A stretch of DNA of 62,185 nt, filler included, from Choristocarpus tenellus KU-1152 (GCA_964200185.2; 5 parts of 5 records of this genome joined end to end with filler, not necessarily neighbours in it), one strand, 5' to 3'. Positions 23,901 to 39,400 are shown, numbered from the whole stretch's first letter. The notes: generated from the sequence alone by a model not told the origin. Program-made: numbers and translations.

Positions 23901-26900
23901 GCAGCGAAAACATCTGCTTCAGTCACCCCCTGATTTGCTCTTGATGACTGTGATTTCTTTATGTCTTGTTGTTTGTATACCCTCTTTCCCTACAATATAC
24001 TGCTCTTTGGCGCCATACACGCCTGACTCCTTACTTGCCACACAGCATCATGCTCCCCACTGAGGCATTGCGTGATGAAGAGTTTTACTGTGCTTTGTGC
24101 CAATGTTGTGATTTTTTCTTGCAGTTTACATCTCTGTGCTCTGCTTCGAAGACGTGTGTACGTGCATGGTTGAGTACCACAAATTTTCCCAAACCTCTCT
24201 GTGTAGCGTTGTAGCGGAATGGAGAAGCATCTAAGTTGTGGAGGCGTGTGAAACTCTTTTGTAGTCCTCAAGCATTGAGACTAGCTCGACTCGATAGACC
24301 GTCATAAATATGCAATGGTTGGAGAGGATGTAGTCTGTATTGGGTACCCCTGCGGCGGCTGGAAGGATGTTTTCGTGTACAGAATGCAGTAATAGGACCT
24401 TGATTGGGATCTCTGTCTTTTTGCATTCATCTTCCTGACAAAGGAGCTTTTTACCGATCTGATTCTGCTTGAGACCCTCCTACTGTTGTGATTACACACA
24501 ATGGCATCTGCGTTTCTGCGATTACCCATCAGGGCTGGACCAGCCTTTCCAAGTTTTTGGTGGAACACAGTGATGTGTTCAAGGTGTCCAGGCTGGACAT
24601 AGATCGGAATCGAGAGGAGAACAAGACTATTGAATTTATCGTTTCCCTTGTGGACAGGGAGGTGAGATAACGTGGATGGCCTGTGTGGGGAATCCCAAAG
24701 GGTCATTCTAAGATTTGAATGAAGTTGGGCGTTGGGCTTGCAGCATGTACAGAGGGCAGTGGTGTGGCAGACCTGACACTAGTTGATGTTAAGTCTGTGG
24801 TTGCGAGGAGATGTATTGTACAGGGATAGGACATTGAAAATACTGTAACAGATGCGTTTCACAACTTGAGTTGTCAATCAAAGGAGGTTTGTAGGATAGG
24901 CGTATGTGGTTCTCCCTGTGGCCAACCCCTACATGCTATCTTGTGAACTGCAGAACTGGAAAACGAGGTTGCTTGGTGTCTGTGTACACCTCTGTGCACT
25001 GTAATTTGGTGAGAGCAATGTATGCCAACATTAGAAGGGAAGGCAAGGCTGCAGGGCCAATGTGTCAGTGGTAATGATATGTGTGAGTGTTAAGTGTCTG
25101 TGTAGATGTTGGATTTTTTTATGATGCGGTGGCCCTAACCCTTACATATTTTCTGGTATTGATTCTACTTGACTATTACATTACAATTTTGAGAGTTCTG
25201 TGGCGAGTAGTTGACCTTTAATTTCACTTGAGTAATTGTATGCCCTTTTGAAAAAGGTGAACTCAGCTCAGTGTGGATGATCATGTAGCAGAATTTGTGC
25301 TCCATGAAGTTCCCCTAGTTTAGAATTTGCTGGCACACGAATGCACTCCAATCCTCATTCCTTGCCTCCTCCCTCTTCCCCTCCCACTTAATTGCTACTA
25401 CTGCGGGAATGGGTGATCTTTTTCCTTTTCTAGGACTCCATGAAATCAGTGAAGCTTGGTGAGGTGACTGAAAAGTCAATCTCACTCCCGATAAGTGAGG
25501 AGGAGGAGGAGGAGGACAGTGATGAAGAAACCGAGATGTTGATAGCAGCGGGGGATGGAGGGGTGGTGGCGGATGAGCTGTGGATGGAGGAGGACGAAAT
25601 TCCAGTCTTTGAGGATCTGTTGACTAAAGAAAGGTGTGGTGTAGTCAAGCAAGGTGTTTGTAAGACAGCAAGCAGGATGAAACTAAATCCTTCTGCAGCT
25701 GTTGTTCAGTTTGTGGACAAATGTAGTACATCAAATTGAGCAGGGTTGCCATGTACAAGATCGTTCATTGTGTGACTCCTTGTCCCATCACAAGTGGAGT
25801 GGATCAATGGTTGGAGAAGTGAGTTTTGGGTGCTGATGCTAAATGTGCTTGAGCTCAAATAATATTTTGTGCTCAAGGACTACCTGTACATGTTGACCAG
25901 GCAGCAAATGATCTCTTCTGTGCTCAGAAACCCCTGGAGTGTGTGTGCAGAGTGTGCAGGCTAGTGCCCTTCACTTGCATTTGAGTGTGTTTCAATCTAT
26001 ACTTAAATATTTGTATATTTGGGCTCTATATCTTTATGTTGCCCTACTGCGAATTATTAGGGTTAGGGTTAATGATTATCTAGGCTCGCAAATGTGACTT
26101 CTGATTATATCCCCACAGGCAACGATCCATTCATCTATCCATCCATCCATCCATCCATTATTGATGCACACCTCCAGGCTTTTGTCTCTGATGGGAGGAT
26201 TGGGTGGTATGACTTACTCTCATCAATATCAATCAGGTGCAAAAAAACAAATCCTACTCCACAAACTTCCTCCTCCCCCCTCCCCCTGCACATGTTCGTC
26301 TCTTTTATATAGCTTGATGGGTATGAAGGTTCTCCAGTTGAAGGAACTACTCAAGGCCCAGGGACTACCAGGATATGGAAAAAAGACCACCCTTGTTGAA
26401 AGACTCTTGTCATCACAGGGTACTGTTCCACCGTCTCCAAGAACTTCAGAATCGCCAAATTCTTTCATGAGAGGAGCCATGGGTGAGGAGGACAATGTCA
26501 CCGAGGTGGGCATAGAAATAGGGGTAGAGAACGGTTGGGGTTCAAGTACAGTGGCGGGAGCATGGACAGGAGCGCAGAACAGTGCACAATCATCCTCACA
26601 TTACACTGCACAAACATTGCCTGTGCCAGAGAATTCAAATTGGGGTATGAGGGAGGAAGGACAGGAGGTTTTTCAACATATCCATGCCTCCCTGGCTGAG
26701 ATGATCCGGAAGGCAGTGGCCTCATCAGGGGGCGTAATGAATTCGCGACAATTGGGGCGTGTCTTGGCCAATTTATCCGCCCCGGAAGGGGCGTCTGAGG
26801 GTACTGCACTAAAGGCATTGAAGGCACGTTGGCCATCTTTGCTAGCCTTCATCAATACCTGTCCTGGAGAATTTAAGCCTGACTTGAGTGGTAAACTCAG

Positions 26901-27000
26901 CCCAGCAGGTGCAAGTACCTACGGGTTCAATGTTGAGAATTTGGCGAATGGGTTGGGAATTGGTAATTCTACCATTGCAAGAGCTCGTTCTGAGGGATGA
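20980..27000 (+). CDS. NYN (PIN-like LabA/DUF88) ribonuclease with two LOTUS/OST-HTH domains and a SAP domain, probable bipartite plastid-targeting peptide, about 692 aa
   Basis: Exons 20980-21101, 21234-21461 (VMVFVDGTWLY), 21717-21861, 22164-22368 (QEKCIDIALAVEML), 22646-22835 (ILVTGDKDFMPAM; GC donor), 23390-23561 (GGVMRSRELGRSL), 24533-24661, 25434-25633 (acidic) and 26313-27000 (SAP MKVLQLKELLKAQGLPGYGKKTTLVERL; GGVMNSRQLGRVL). Total 2079 nt, open frame. Confidence 0.88.
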
Positions 27001-29163
27001 CAAGACAGTATCGGATAAATGTGATTTATTTTGCGGCATTGAGAGTGGACCAAGTGTAGGTTTCTGATGGGTTTGGTGACTGGGTTGCGTTAAGCTGGGG
27101 CAATGTAGCAGGGTCTTACCATTTCTATACTCCGTACGTGCACTATGTTTTTTGTGCTTTCATTGTGTGAAAGCATCAATTGAGTCAACTATGATTTGTA
27201 TTGTTTATTGCATTGAGTTGCTTGGTGCAGCCTTGGAGAACATGACAGAGCCAGAGATACAGAGGGTGCATGTTGCCTGGCTAGGAATGCTCTACCCGAT
27301 GGTACATGGATGGATTTGCCGTCTACAGTGACTGCTAGTATGCATTTTATGTATGTAATAACTTTGATGTCTGGTTATATACAATGACAGGACTTACACC
27401 TCTTTTTGCATGTAGCTGCACTAGAACTATAGGCGACTGGGTGAGATCACAACTGGGAGATGCCTGCAGTTGTCAGTTTTTTTGCTGAAGTAAAGGATTT
27501 GATTTCTAACAGTGACTGGAGTCAAACCTCTATTGTATTGTCCAAGGATGAGATAACATGGCGACTCCAGTTGGTTGTGCATGTGTTGACATATCTGTGC
27601 GTGGAGTACATCAAAACAGATTTATATTGTTGAGTTGGTTATCTCCTTCCTATTACATATTCCTGCTTAATGTGTTTTGCCTACAACATTATGGACTCCT
27701 CAATACTGCGCCCCCTTAACTGGGGCATTTTCCAACATTTTTTTTTTAAACTCAAGAACCTCACCTCTGCAGCTTTGGCTACCCCTTACCATCCCTTTCT
27801 GCATTGTCCCGTAGATGTTACTACTTTCTGTGTCAGGTTGAATCTGTATTAAAATATTGGATGCAAGATGCCACGCATACATCTAGATCACACTTTTCTG
27901 CTTCAAAACTTGAGTCCTCTTGCCTTTGCAGTTGAAGTAGGCATAATCTGGAGTATGTACTTACTGATGCATTGTTGCTCATGGAGTAGATCTAAACAAA
28001 AAATTTCATCCAGTTAGGGGTACTATGTAACGAGAAAAAAATTCAAGTACTCACTCCACCAAGCCCAAATTTCGAAAGTAGGCTTGAGATAACCAAGTAC
28101 ACTGCTCAGTCAGCACCTGCAAGATATTCAAGAGAGTTAACTTTTAAATGGCCACCATTTACTTGATGTTCCATTTTTTCTTGTCATGATGCATAGTGGT
28201 AGTTAGAATATCTAACCTATGTGGAATTCGCACTGCATTTATTTGCTGGTGCCTTCCAGGCAGCCAGAGTATGCAACGTTTTGAATTTTTCTTCTCTTTT
28301 TAGTGCTTGCAACTACGTAAATCCTTGAAAATTAATATGGCCAATGATTTCACCTGTTTGAGAGAGTGGTGCGTTGACATTGCAATGTCTCTACCAAAAT
28401 GCAAAAAGTGCCACAAAAATAAGCCCCAAGGCCCCACACTGATTCAGGCTATCTGCAACACAAGGCTCTGCTCATTGGTTTCAAGGAGAGAAATAAAAAT
28501 GTACAAATGTCCACAATAATATTTCCTTCTTCCCTAAGCCAACTGGTAAGGGTGGGGGGAGATAATGGCAAGAACATGCACTGATAACAAGTCAGTGGTG
28601 TTGTGTCTACACATATGCTGTTGCCCTTATTTCCCTCCTGACCTTTCCTTCTGTCCCCCCAAAACTCTACTACACTCACAGAATCCTGCTTGAGGTCAAT
28701 GGCATAGAAAAAATGCCCTGAATATGTACAAAAGTACCAACATAGCATCTGAATCAATGGCGTCCCACAAACTCAAGTACCAACAAAATACCAACTTCTC
28801 TGTGGTGATGCAAATGTCCCACTTAACATAAGGGCATGGACAAGAACCCAAGCTGAGCACAATCATATCTTTGTTGGACAAAACACCTCCACGATACACA
28901 GGCATATTCCTGCTGCTTATCTAGGGTCTGCACAATATCTACCACTAAAAAGATGTCATGCCCTTTCCCCCGTACTCTGGGCAGTTGCCTCTCTGATTTG
29001 GAGGTACCTCTTAACACTTCTCATCGAAGTGTTACTATGTCCATGCTCCCAAATTTTCAAATATACTAGCCCAATCCTACAGCTGCTTGCAGAAATAAAA
29101 TTAGCAACAGTCAAAATCGTACCAACCACTAACATATGAACATGGAAAACTATATATACAGCT

Positions 29164-30605
<1,442 letters not shown>

Positions 30606-31674
30606 TCACCGCGCCTTCCGCACGGACAACGCGCGCATAAAACGGTTTTTGTTTCCTATGTTCTTACCACTACAAATATGTTAGGAATGGTGAGTTGGAG
30701 AAGTGCGAAGGTATACCACTGCAGGTAATATACTACTGTCTGTTACACAAAACACGTAGGAAGGGTATGAAGAACACCATCCTTCATTACAATAACATAC
30801 GAACAGGAGACAATCAGATAATTGTGTTGATAATAATGTATACAATAATAGTATCGAACTGTGCAACAAAAAGGGAGTAGGAGAAAAAAAAAATCTCGAG
30901 TCCCCAATCACACACTACCCAACATTGTCAAGGAAGAGGTTTGGTCAGAGTCGAGGGCTTGGGAGAGATAGTGATCAAGTAATTGCACAATGGATTAAAT
31001 AAATAATCCATCATGTGCGTGGTATGTATGATGTATGTATACGACGAGGAATAAACGTGATGAACAAGGCGATCGATTCTTGGGAGGTCTACCATCCCAT
31101 CTCTTCTCCTCTGTTCTGTTAAATAGAAACCTACAAACAAAAGATGAACGACTGGTGATAGACAAGATGCGACTTCACCAAATCCTCATATACAGAACAT
31201 ATCACAAAAAAATGAACATTGGGAGTAGATGATGCACTTACAGCACTATTATTCTTAGATGGGGGAGTCATAGTACGCAGGGTTTGTAGCTACTTCCTTG
31301 GAGCATCTGGGTCGGGTTATTGGACTGAAATAGGTCATGGGCAATCGTGTTCCACACCTCCTACAACTACACAAATAATAGTTGAGACTGGGAGTTCTGT
31401 AGTTGATGTTCACCTCCAGGACAGCAGGGCCTTGTCCACTCCACCTTCCTGGACCGGAGTCAAAATCACAGAAATATGTGATCTGACAAGCATATTCAAC
31501 CAAATCAAAACAATAGCAGACTCAAATCCAGAAGTCAAGATTTCTGTCCTGAACAAGACTTTCACCATCAGGCAAAAAGGCAAGTATATGCTCCTCTCAT
31601 GGGAGTTTCTAGTCCATGGTTGTATTTGATTTAAGGAATACTACTACAACAGAGACAAAAATATCATACGGAAT

Positions 31675-34600
31675 TCAACTTCTATTCCCAGGCCTGCCTC
31701 CTCTTCCTCTCCTCCTTTTCCCCCCCTTTTGGTTCTGAACAGTCTTCGTTTCTGTGGCTTCCTCCCCCCTTGCTGCCTGTTACGGGTAGGACAAAGATGG
31801 ATCATGCTAGTCAGGAGGCACACTTGGACGTTGTAGGAGTGAGGAGGGGGCTCAATGGTTCTCGAAAACAAATCAAAATATGTATAATGAGTTCACAATC
31901 TAAAGGTAGATGGTATGGGTGCCTGAACACACATGGGTGTGTCCAGGTGTCTACGTCTCTATGACACATGGTGTATTGGTTGGGGTTGATGCGTGCGAGA
32001 AAGTCTTAGGTGCTTGTGCAGCAACCCCTGTGTATATTGCTCACATTCTTGTCCCCTGACAGAAGAGATAAGAGAAGATCTAGGTTGTGGAAAGTCCCGT
32101 TGTTCTTATCCAGCAGGGAGAACCACCGGTCATCCTTCACCTGAATGCAAGAGGGGAGGGGGGATAATTAGAGCACAACACAGACTGCAGAATCCAGTGA
32201 ACAAATCCCATTCTCGACTGAGCAGAACCATGAGAAAGTGAGCCGTTTACGCTTGGAGGGTCGCAGAAGGGATGAGGGGAGAGGGATGGATATTGCGGTG
32301 GGAAGGATCACAGGGTATACTCCAGAAGGGTATAGAGGTATGCACAAGCTACCTGACCAGCCCAACAAATTCATACTCTGAACAGACAGCACAGGGGGTG
32401 AAGTACAAACTGTACTTACACTCTAGCCCATGCTGCATTGTGATGTTTACAATACCCTTGAAAAAGCAACAATGATACTGAAACGACTATGATAAGATAT
32501 CTTGCCAAACCCCATTCAAGCCCACACCACAGCAGCACTGCTGCCGGCACAGTTAGGTGTCACTCACTACCTGCCCATGCTTCAATTTCTTCTAAATTGT
32601 GGAGGATGGTTGTCCTGAGTTCCCGTGTACTGAGGAAGGCGTCTATTGTGTGCTAACCTTCACAGTGACCTTCACAGTGACCTTCACAGTGATTTGGTGT
32701 TTCAGTCAACACAGTTCACTGGATCAAACATATGCATACCACTTGAGGTCACAGAGCACATAAAACAGTGGAGTACACCTCATGGATGTTCCATGCTCTT
32801 CTTCTTGGAGACAAGTGCAATACTGTGCATACACGCTTGCATTTACTCAATCACCCATCAACATCCATGTCCCTTCAACTCTCTGCAACTGTTAACCGTA
32901 CAAACTAGGTGGTGAAATGCAGTAAACTTGAGGCAATTTGATTACATCAATACTCTGTGGCATGCGACATCTTGGTACCACACTTCACCCATTGATTGGC
33001 CACATAGGAGAGTCACTAGTGAGCAGTCTTTCTACTGGTGCAGGGATAATGAAGTCACTCCTCAGGGTTCTCACATATTTGGCACATTCCTCCCAAAACT
33101 GCTACACCACCAAATATGTTACACTCTGAAACACTCTGGAGTAGACACATAAACAGAGTGTACAGCATAATAGTGTCAATTTGGTTGCACTCTACAGTCG
33201 CCCCAGTTTAGAGCTGGCAATAGCAAGGGCAACGGCATCAAATAGAAAGAATTAGGAAGAATCCCACAGTTCTTCCAAGACAAGAGTCTCCAAACCTCAC
33301 TCCACATGCACTATCTCTATTCCCTTCCCCAAACAAAAACTCTTGCCTTCACAGGGATGTAAATTGCCCCCTCTTTCGTTGGTGGAAGATGTGTACTTCC
33401 AATTTTTACCAGCCTTGCCACCTGCTCTTGCTGTCTCAAGGTCAATGACATTGCATACAGATCAATCAATGAGAGGCAATAAAATAAGTTTAGGACAAGG
33501 AATGAAAAGGGATATTAGGTGTACCCCCTTTCCTACATACAGCACCCACAGCACCCACAGAAGTACAAGTTGTGGTGCAACTTCAAGCAGGGAGAAGTGG
33601 GATGCTCTAATTGCCACACACTCTTGACCCACTCTCTACTCCTCACCATACAGACCTCAACGACGGTGTACCCAGATTGGACAAAAAACAAAATCCATTG
33701 CGCCTAGTTGAATCCATCTCTCCCTTTCACAAAAATATTGTCAGTGCAATAGTATCATCATTGAATTGCCGGCAGGGGGGTACAAATACTCGGAACTAAT
33801 CAACCAATGGAGTCATTGAGTGGGGGGAGGAATGCAACCTACATCTCTTGGAAGCAAAACTGAAAATAATTTAGTACACCATACAATGTACGCCTTCATG
33901 TCATCATGCAGGAATAGGAGTGGAGGACACATGGACAAAGATCCATACACAAGTTCAATGGGAGCAACACATCAATCCCTGGGCAATCCCCGGGCAATCC
34001 CTGGAAGGTCCTTCTGTCGTGTTTGTACAACTGATAACCTCACAAGTCTACACACACACAGACGGCATTTATATAGCCTCAGATGTGGAGATGACTCACC
34101 CCAAAGAATGCATGAGTGGAAATTGCTAGAGAATCAAGCTTCGGGATATAAGATATCTTAGCCACCGAGTGCTGCATCATCAACAACGTCAGGAGGGAAT
34201 AGGCAAGGTTGGTGGGGAGAGACGTGAAACGATGCATGTCATGCTGTAGGCATCATTAGGCAGTTTCCATAAGTGTACATGTCTAAGGAAATGCCTATTT
34301 TCTACCTCTGAAGTTGACCCTCGAATCTTCTCCAGGTAGCATGCACAGTGTTGGGATCAACGTTAAACACTCAAGGTTTAGAGTAAGCAAGTGTCCAACC
34401 CGAATTAAGAGAGCCAACTTCAGACAGGAAAATGCCCTATATTGCTTTGAACCACAACATTTTCATCACACCTACATTCTGTAACGTCCGGTGGATTCCT
34501 TGAGTGATTCCATTAATAAACTTTCTATCTACGGCCAAGAAGGATATACCACCTAAACTCACAAAACAGACCCACATTCGCAAAAGTCTTGGCGACGAGG

Positions 34601-35422
34601 CAGGTGACACCCGCCACGGCGAGACCTACATACCTGGTGCGGGGGCACTTCAGTTAGTGAGTACTTTATGGGTGAGTGTGAACGGGGGAGGTGGCTTAAT
34701 CCAGTGAGGCTGGACCCCTGGGGAGTGCTCTAGCAACCACTACCCCTCAATCAGGATAAGGTATCACGCAGTCGTCCTGCAAATCATGATAAACGCTTAG
34801 GGCAGCATGGGAACCAGCCATAGAAAGCAACTGGCTCTTCAAAGATAGCTGGATACTGAGCTCAACATACATCATTTGACAAAAGAGTACCTACCCCCAC
34901 GGCTCGGAGGCGTATGTACCAGGGAAATGACTCTGGATCATGGTGGTGTACATCGTCCAATACGCCGCATTTATGACGGAAGCACCGCTAGACAAGCGAA
35001 GGAACCTCTGTAAGGGGAAGCAGGGGTGTTGGTCAAGTTTTGAAGTAAGTGTGCACGAGGTTTAGCCACAGATAGTGCACCTTTGGCGATCTTGTTCGAC
35101 AAGTCTAGAATCTAGTACAACATCAAGATTGGAGAGAAATCTAAGGTTTCAGTTACTGGTCAAAGTTGCACTCTACTCTTGCCTATTCCACCTTTTCAGC
35201 TCGCCTGACCATGAACAAAACATATTTTCAACAACAATGGGTCTCATCTACAACCTTGGAGCCTGCCTCGTACAGCAATGTTGGTTCCTCTACTAGTCTT
35301 GATGTTACTATTTCGACATTGCTAAGGAGGCGACAGATCTGGCGGGTCGGTGGACCAAGTCCTGACACTGGGAATACATTTGCTGCTATCCGTCGAGTAG
35401 CTCCAATCAAGAAGAACTGCAT
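31675..35422 (-). CDS. TMEM223-like (TMEM70/186/223 family) mitochondrial inner-membrane protein, about 230 aa
   Basis: Exons 35422-35255 (Arg-rich presequence, LLYEAG), 35007-34895 (TM1, RFLRLSSGASVINAAYW), 34633-34576 (TM2), 34171-34100 (LAISTHAFFG), 33430-33347 (GC donor), 32140-32045 (WFSLLDKNNGTF) and 31776-31675. Phases are consistent. The family call is from remembered motifs. Confidence 0.7.
32657..32692. repeat. 12-bp tandem repeat (CCTTCACAGTGA)x3
   Basis: Directly visible; intronic. Confidence 0.85.
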
Positions 35423-35616
35423 TACTTGGACGACACTTAAGGCTGTAGAAGGAACCCAAGTCGAACACTCTCTTCATATGTGGTAAGTAGTTGTTGTGTA
35501 GTTGTCGTCGCGCGTTTCGCGCATATGTTTACTAGTCTGAGTGTCAATAATTATAACCATGTACTATTCCACTACCCTACAACACAGTCTAGACAGGAGT
35601 TCTGGACGCAGTTGAA
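35423..35616. promoter_or_regulatory. Putative bidirectional promoter between the TMEM223-like and bL27m start codons
   Basis: 194 bp between divergent ATGs, with a local CpG cluster including TTTCGCGC at 35515-35522. Confidence 0.5.
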
Positions 35617-36454
35617 ATGAGTGTGAAGGTTGCAGCGGGGTCAATGCGGGGGTGGGCTACAGCATGCACTCAAACCGTTGGTGATATATTCTCAGGTAGG
35701 CTGGAGAGGGCAACCCCTTCATCTTGCTGTTGCCAACGTTCCAACCAAGTAAACGACTCCTTCTCTCTGCGTATTGTAAGGGGATGGTTCGCGTTTTGAG
35801 GCCCGCACCTGTCTTCAAGCTGTTCCAAAACAATAGAAGCGACTTTCCTCACTATGAACTCATGTTCCACTGAGCGGCAGGTTCGAATTGCATGCCTGTG
35901 AGATTCGCGTCTAAGGCAGCTGGGGGATCAACTTCAAATGGTCGCGATTCTATTGGTAGGCGACTTGGTGTGAAGAAGTTTGGAGGGTGAGTGCTAGTTT
36001 CATTTAATCAGTAAATATTAGTCGCTTCCCCACCTCTAGCAGAAATATTTTCTCATTTCATATTTCGAGAGCCTTGTGCAAGGCTGTTCTCCCACCTACC
36101 TTAAGTAGAGAAGTCTCTTGGACCTTCCGTTAAGAAACCGCACCCAACCCACTACTCTTCGATTCGTGTTGTATTTGTGCAATCATTGGCAGAGAGAAGG
36201 TAATTCCGGGCAATATCATAATACGTCAACGAGGCACCAAGTACCACCCTGGGAAGAATGTGGGCATGGGGAAGGATCACACTCTCTTCGCACTTACACC
36301 TGGTTTTGTAGTGTTCAACTACAATAAGAAGAAAGGTCGACAGGTGGTTTCAATTATGCAGGGTAAGTTGAAGGAGGGGGTGAGTGCGGTGCCATCCATC
36401 GCAGGGCCAATGGAAGAACGAAGTAAGGGTTCTCTCCTCCAGTCGGCACTGTGA
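35617..36454 (+). CDS. MRPL27: Mitochondrial ribosomal protein bL27 (nuclear-encoded)
   Basis: Exons 35617-35695 (presequence), 35881-35986 ([30 protein letters not shown]) and 36193-36454 ([30 protein letters not shown]). The 3' end could instead splice at the GTAAG at 36363. Confidence 0.9.
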
Positions 36455-39400
36455 CATCCGCTTATCCGTGAGAGCTGAGGCATGTGCTTCCACAGTTGGA
36501 CAGTGATTGCGATGGAATGGTCAGACCCACAAGGGAACTGCCCCCAATGCTGCCCCAAGGTCTGTTGTCTTGTTAACTGCTCAGCAACTGGTCGTTTGTT
36601 CAGCGCCCAACAAAAAAGGTGTGGTTGACAGCAATCATGGCATGTCACTAGAAAACGAGTTGTGTGATCTGGGCTGTAAGGTTTTCTTAAGCGGGTTGGC
36701 ATAATGACCTTTAGATTGATGTGAGTGAACTAGAAACAAGTCATATTGTAATAGCTACTTTTCCACAATAAGATGTGATCAATTTGCATCCAGATGATGT
36801 GGTTGACTGGGGCCCTTCAACTTGAAATGCTAAAGTATGCACCAGTAGTGGGGGGGCTCGGAAGGCTATGTGCACCTTGACCACATATGGTGAAAAAAAA
36901 GTCACTGTTTGCTCTGCTACCTTTTACAGTACCAAGGTGATAATACATCACATGGCAATGGTTTACTAGGTGGGAACATTGTTTGAGGTACCTGAACCGT
37001 TAAATGATTTTGAGACACCCATCATCAACACAGTACAGATGCTGAAGGAGTATGCAGGATGCGTGCATATCCAAGCAAAGGATTGTGCCTGATGCGGTTC
37101 TTTATTGTGTGGTGGATGGGGTAGGAGCACCTCATTTGGTGCTGTCTGCCCAGTTATTGCAATTTAACATGCCTTGGCTTCATCATAGCCCAATCTCTAT
37201 GTTACACCTGTGTATGTGGCTTGTGCTAGCCAAACAAATTAGAGTTTGCCTATTCCACAAAGTGTCTCCCTCGTAGTAGACTTGTAAAGAATGTCCATTG
37301 CATGCTGCTCTAGTGTCATTTGTTTTAAGTAATCCCAACCATGTCACTTAGTTTGTACATGATTGCATCTTTCTCATCCATTGTATCATTCTCACACTAG
37401 CATTTTCTTGGGCTGTACCAAGCTAAGACGATACTTAAACTGACAAATATGCTACAAGCAAAAACGAGTTCCCTTCCTGGCTGTCTCCCTCCTTCCCCTC
37501 CAAGACATCCCCTAGCTGCTAGCAAGCAATCTCATAGAATCGTTATCAGTACTGGTAAAGTTCTGCCTGTTCCCTTTTCATGTTGACAGACCCTGGATGT
37601 GAGGACCAATTTCACCAAATGCATCTTTCCTACCTTTTCATGTCAGCTGAAACATACTGTGAAGTTCAGTTTCTCCGAAAGCATGTTTCCCACCTCTCCA
37701 TGTAGGCTGAAACAGCATGTGACATCCAATTTCAAGGAATGTATCCAGAAATGTACCTTGTGCATATTATGCCGGGTCTTGGCCATTCTCAAAATCAAAA
37801 TACTATGAACAAGTAACACGAGTGGACAATACTGAGCAGTGCATATTGCACTCATTCACGCACACAGTATTGGATTTTGTTCAATTGTATAATATAATTA
37901 TGTGTTACTAATAGTGGAAACTGAAGAATGAAATCATGCTATTTGTGTTTACCTTGGGGCAACTCCGATTGTGATCAAAGTAATGCCTCACTTTACCACC
38001 ATGGTAGTATGATCCGTGTTTTGTGTTTCACATTTAATACTTGAAATTGGAGGCATTGTGTGTATACTATCAACACTTGTCAGCAGTATATTATACGTTG
38101 TTCAGCAAAACAGCTGAGCCGATTTGGTCTGTCTGTTTGTGACAACAATTGCAACTATTTACTATGTAACATCTGTTGTCTGATTTTACTTCAAGTTTAA
38201 CGCTAAAAAACGTTAGGTTATGTTATGTGGGTGATACAGTGCCTGTGGTGTGTCCATTTCAGAAAGAAAAAAATGATTGTGATCGTGAAGATGGTATGCC
38301 TCTGTAGATGCTGAGGATGACTATAAGGAAGCGAATCGTGGGGGGTAAAAAGAGATCAAGTAATCAAGAACCTTATGTTCAGCAAATGAACAAGTAAAAG
38401 ACTGGACAACAATGGAATCCGATGGATGGATCAAGGTCACCTACATGACGAGTCTTTCAGAACATGTAGGCTCGCGATCGTGAGAGCACATCCATATATG
38501 CAGCAGTCAACTTGAGCTCATGTTCCGTACTAAAAGAGCCCACAGAGAATAGTAATGCGAAAAGATATTCCAATAACCCTGTCAATCAAGAAGTAGCGAC
38601 TGGAAAATGCTCTAGCCTTTCCACACCGGGCCAAACCTGCTTGTACTCTGTTTTTGACAGCCATGCTACATTATTTTTATCAATACATATATATATATAT
38701 CGGTTATTATTACGTTTGTCTGGGGAATCCCATATCCATAATCGAAGAGGTAGTCTAAAGAAGGCAATTCACAATGCTTGAGGACCATGTAAGGAAAACG
38801 AGTCAGTGGAAACAAGGAAGAGTAAAGCTCACATGAGATCAACACCATCACCTGAAATGAATAAAGGGTAAAAGAAGAAAATTGAACAAAACAGGATGCA
38901 AGAGAAACCACTCAGTAGACAATGGTAGTGGTGGTGGCTTGGGCTACATTTGCTATTGCTTTGGGGTAATGCACATCAGCTGAGGTTCCATGGAATGCTG
39001 CTCTGCCGTATCAGCCACGCACTCATACCACTTCTTCTGTTGGTTAGTGGCCTTGGTGCTCTAATCTGCTGTTGCAATCCCAAACCTTCAAAGGTAGAAA
39101 ACATATATTATTATGGCACATAAATGTCCTCAACATGTGGGAATATTGCAGCACCTAACTAAACAGAGTGAGTTAAACCCTAATACAGATGATGTAGTAC
39201 TGTATAGCAGCTAGCTCTTCTCCCTGCTCCTATGATGCAACACCTGAATGGAGATATGGATCCTTGGTAGGTTACCATGCATGCTCAAAATTAAGGGTAC
39301 CACCTGAAGAATGAAATCCAGTCCTAGCAGTAGTGTGAAGGTACCAATAATAGCTTTGAATGCATTTTATTTTAGGCATTTCTTTAGAAGGACAGCTAGC

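Noticed and set aside
34860-35990. Apparent retroelement fragments (LPPRLGG-like text; minus ORF 35670-35870)
   Set aside because: Better explained as the opposite strands of the TMEM223-like and bL27m exons.
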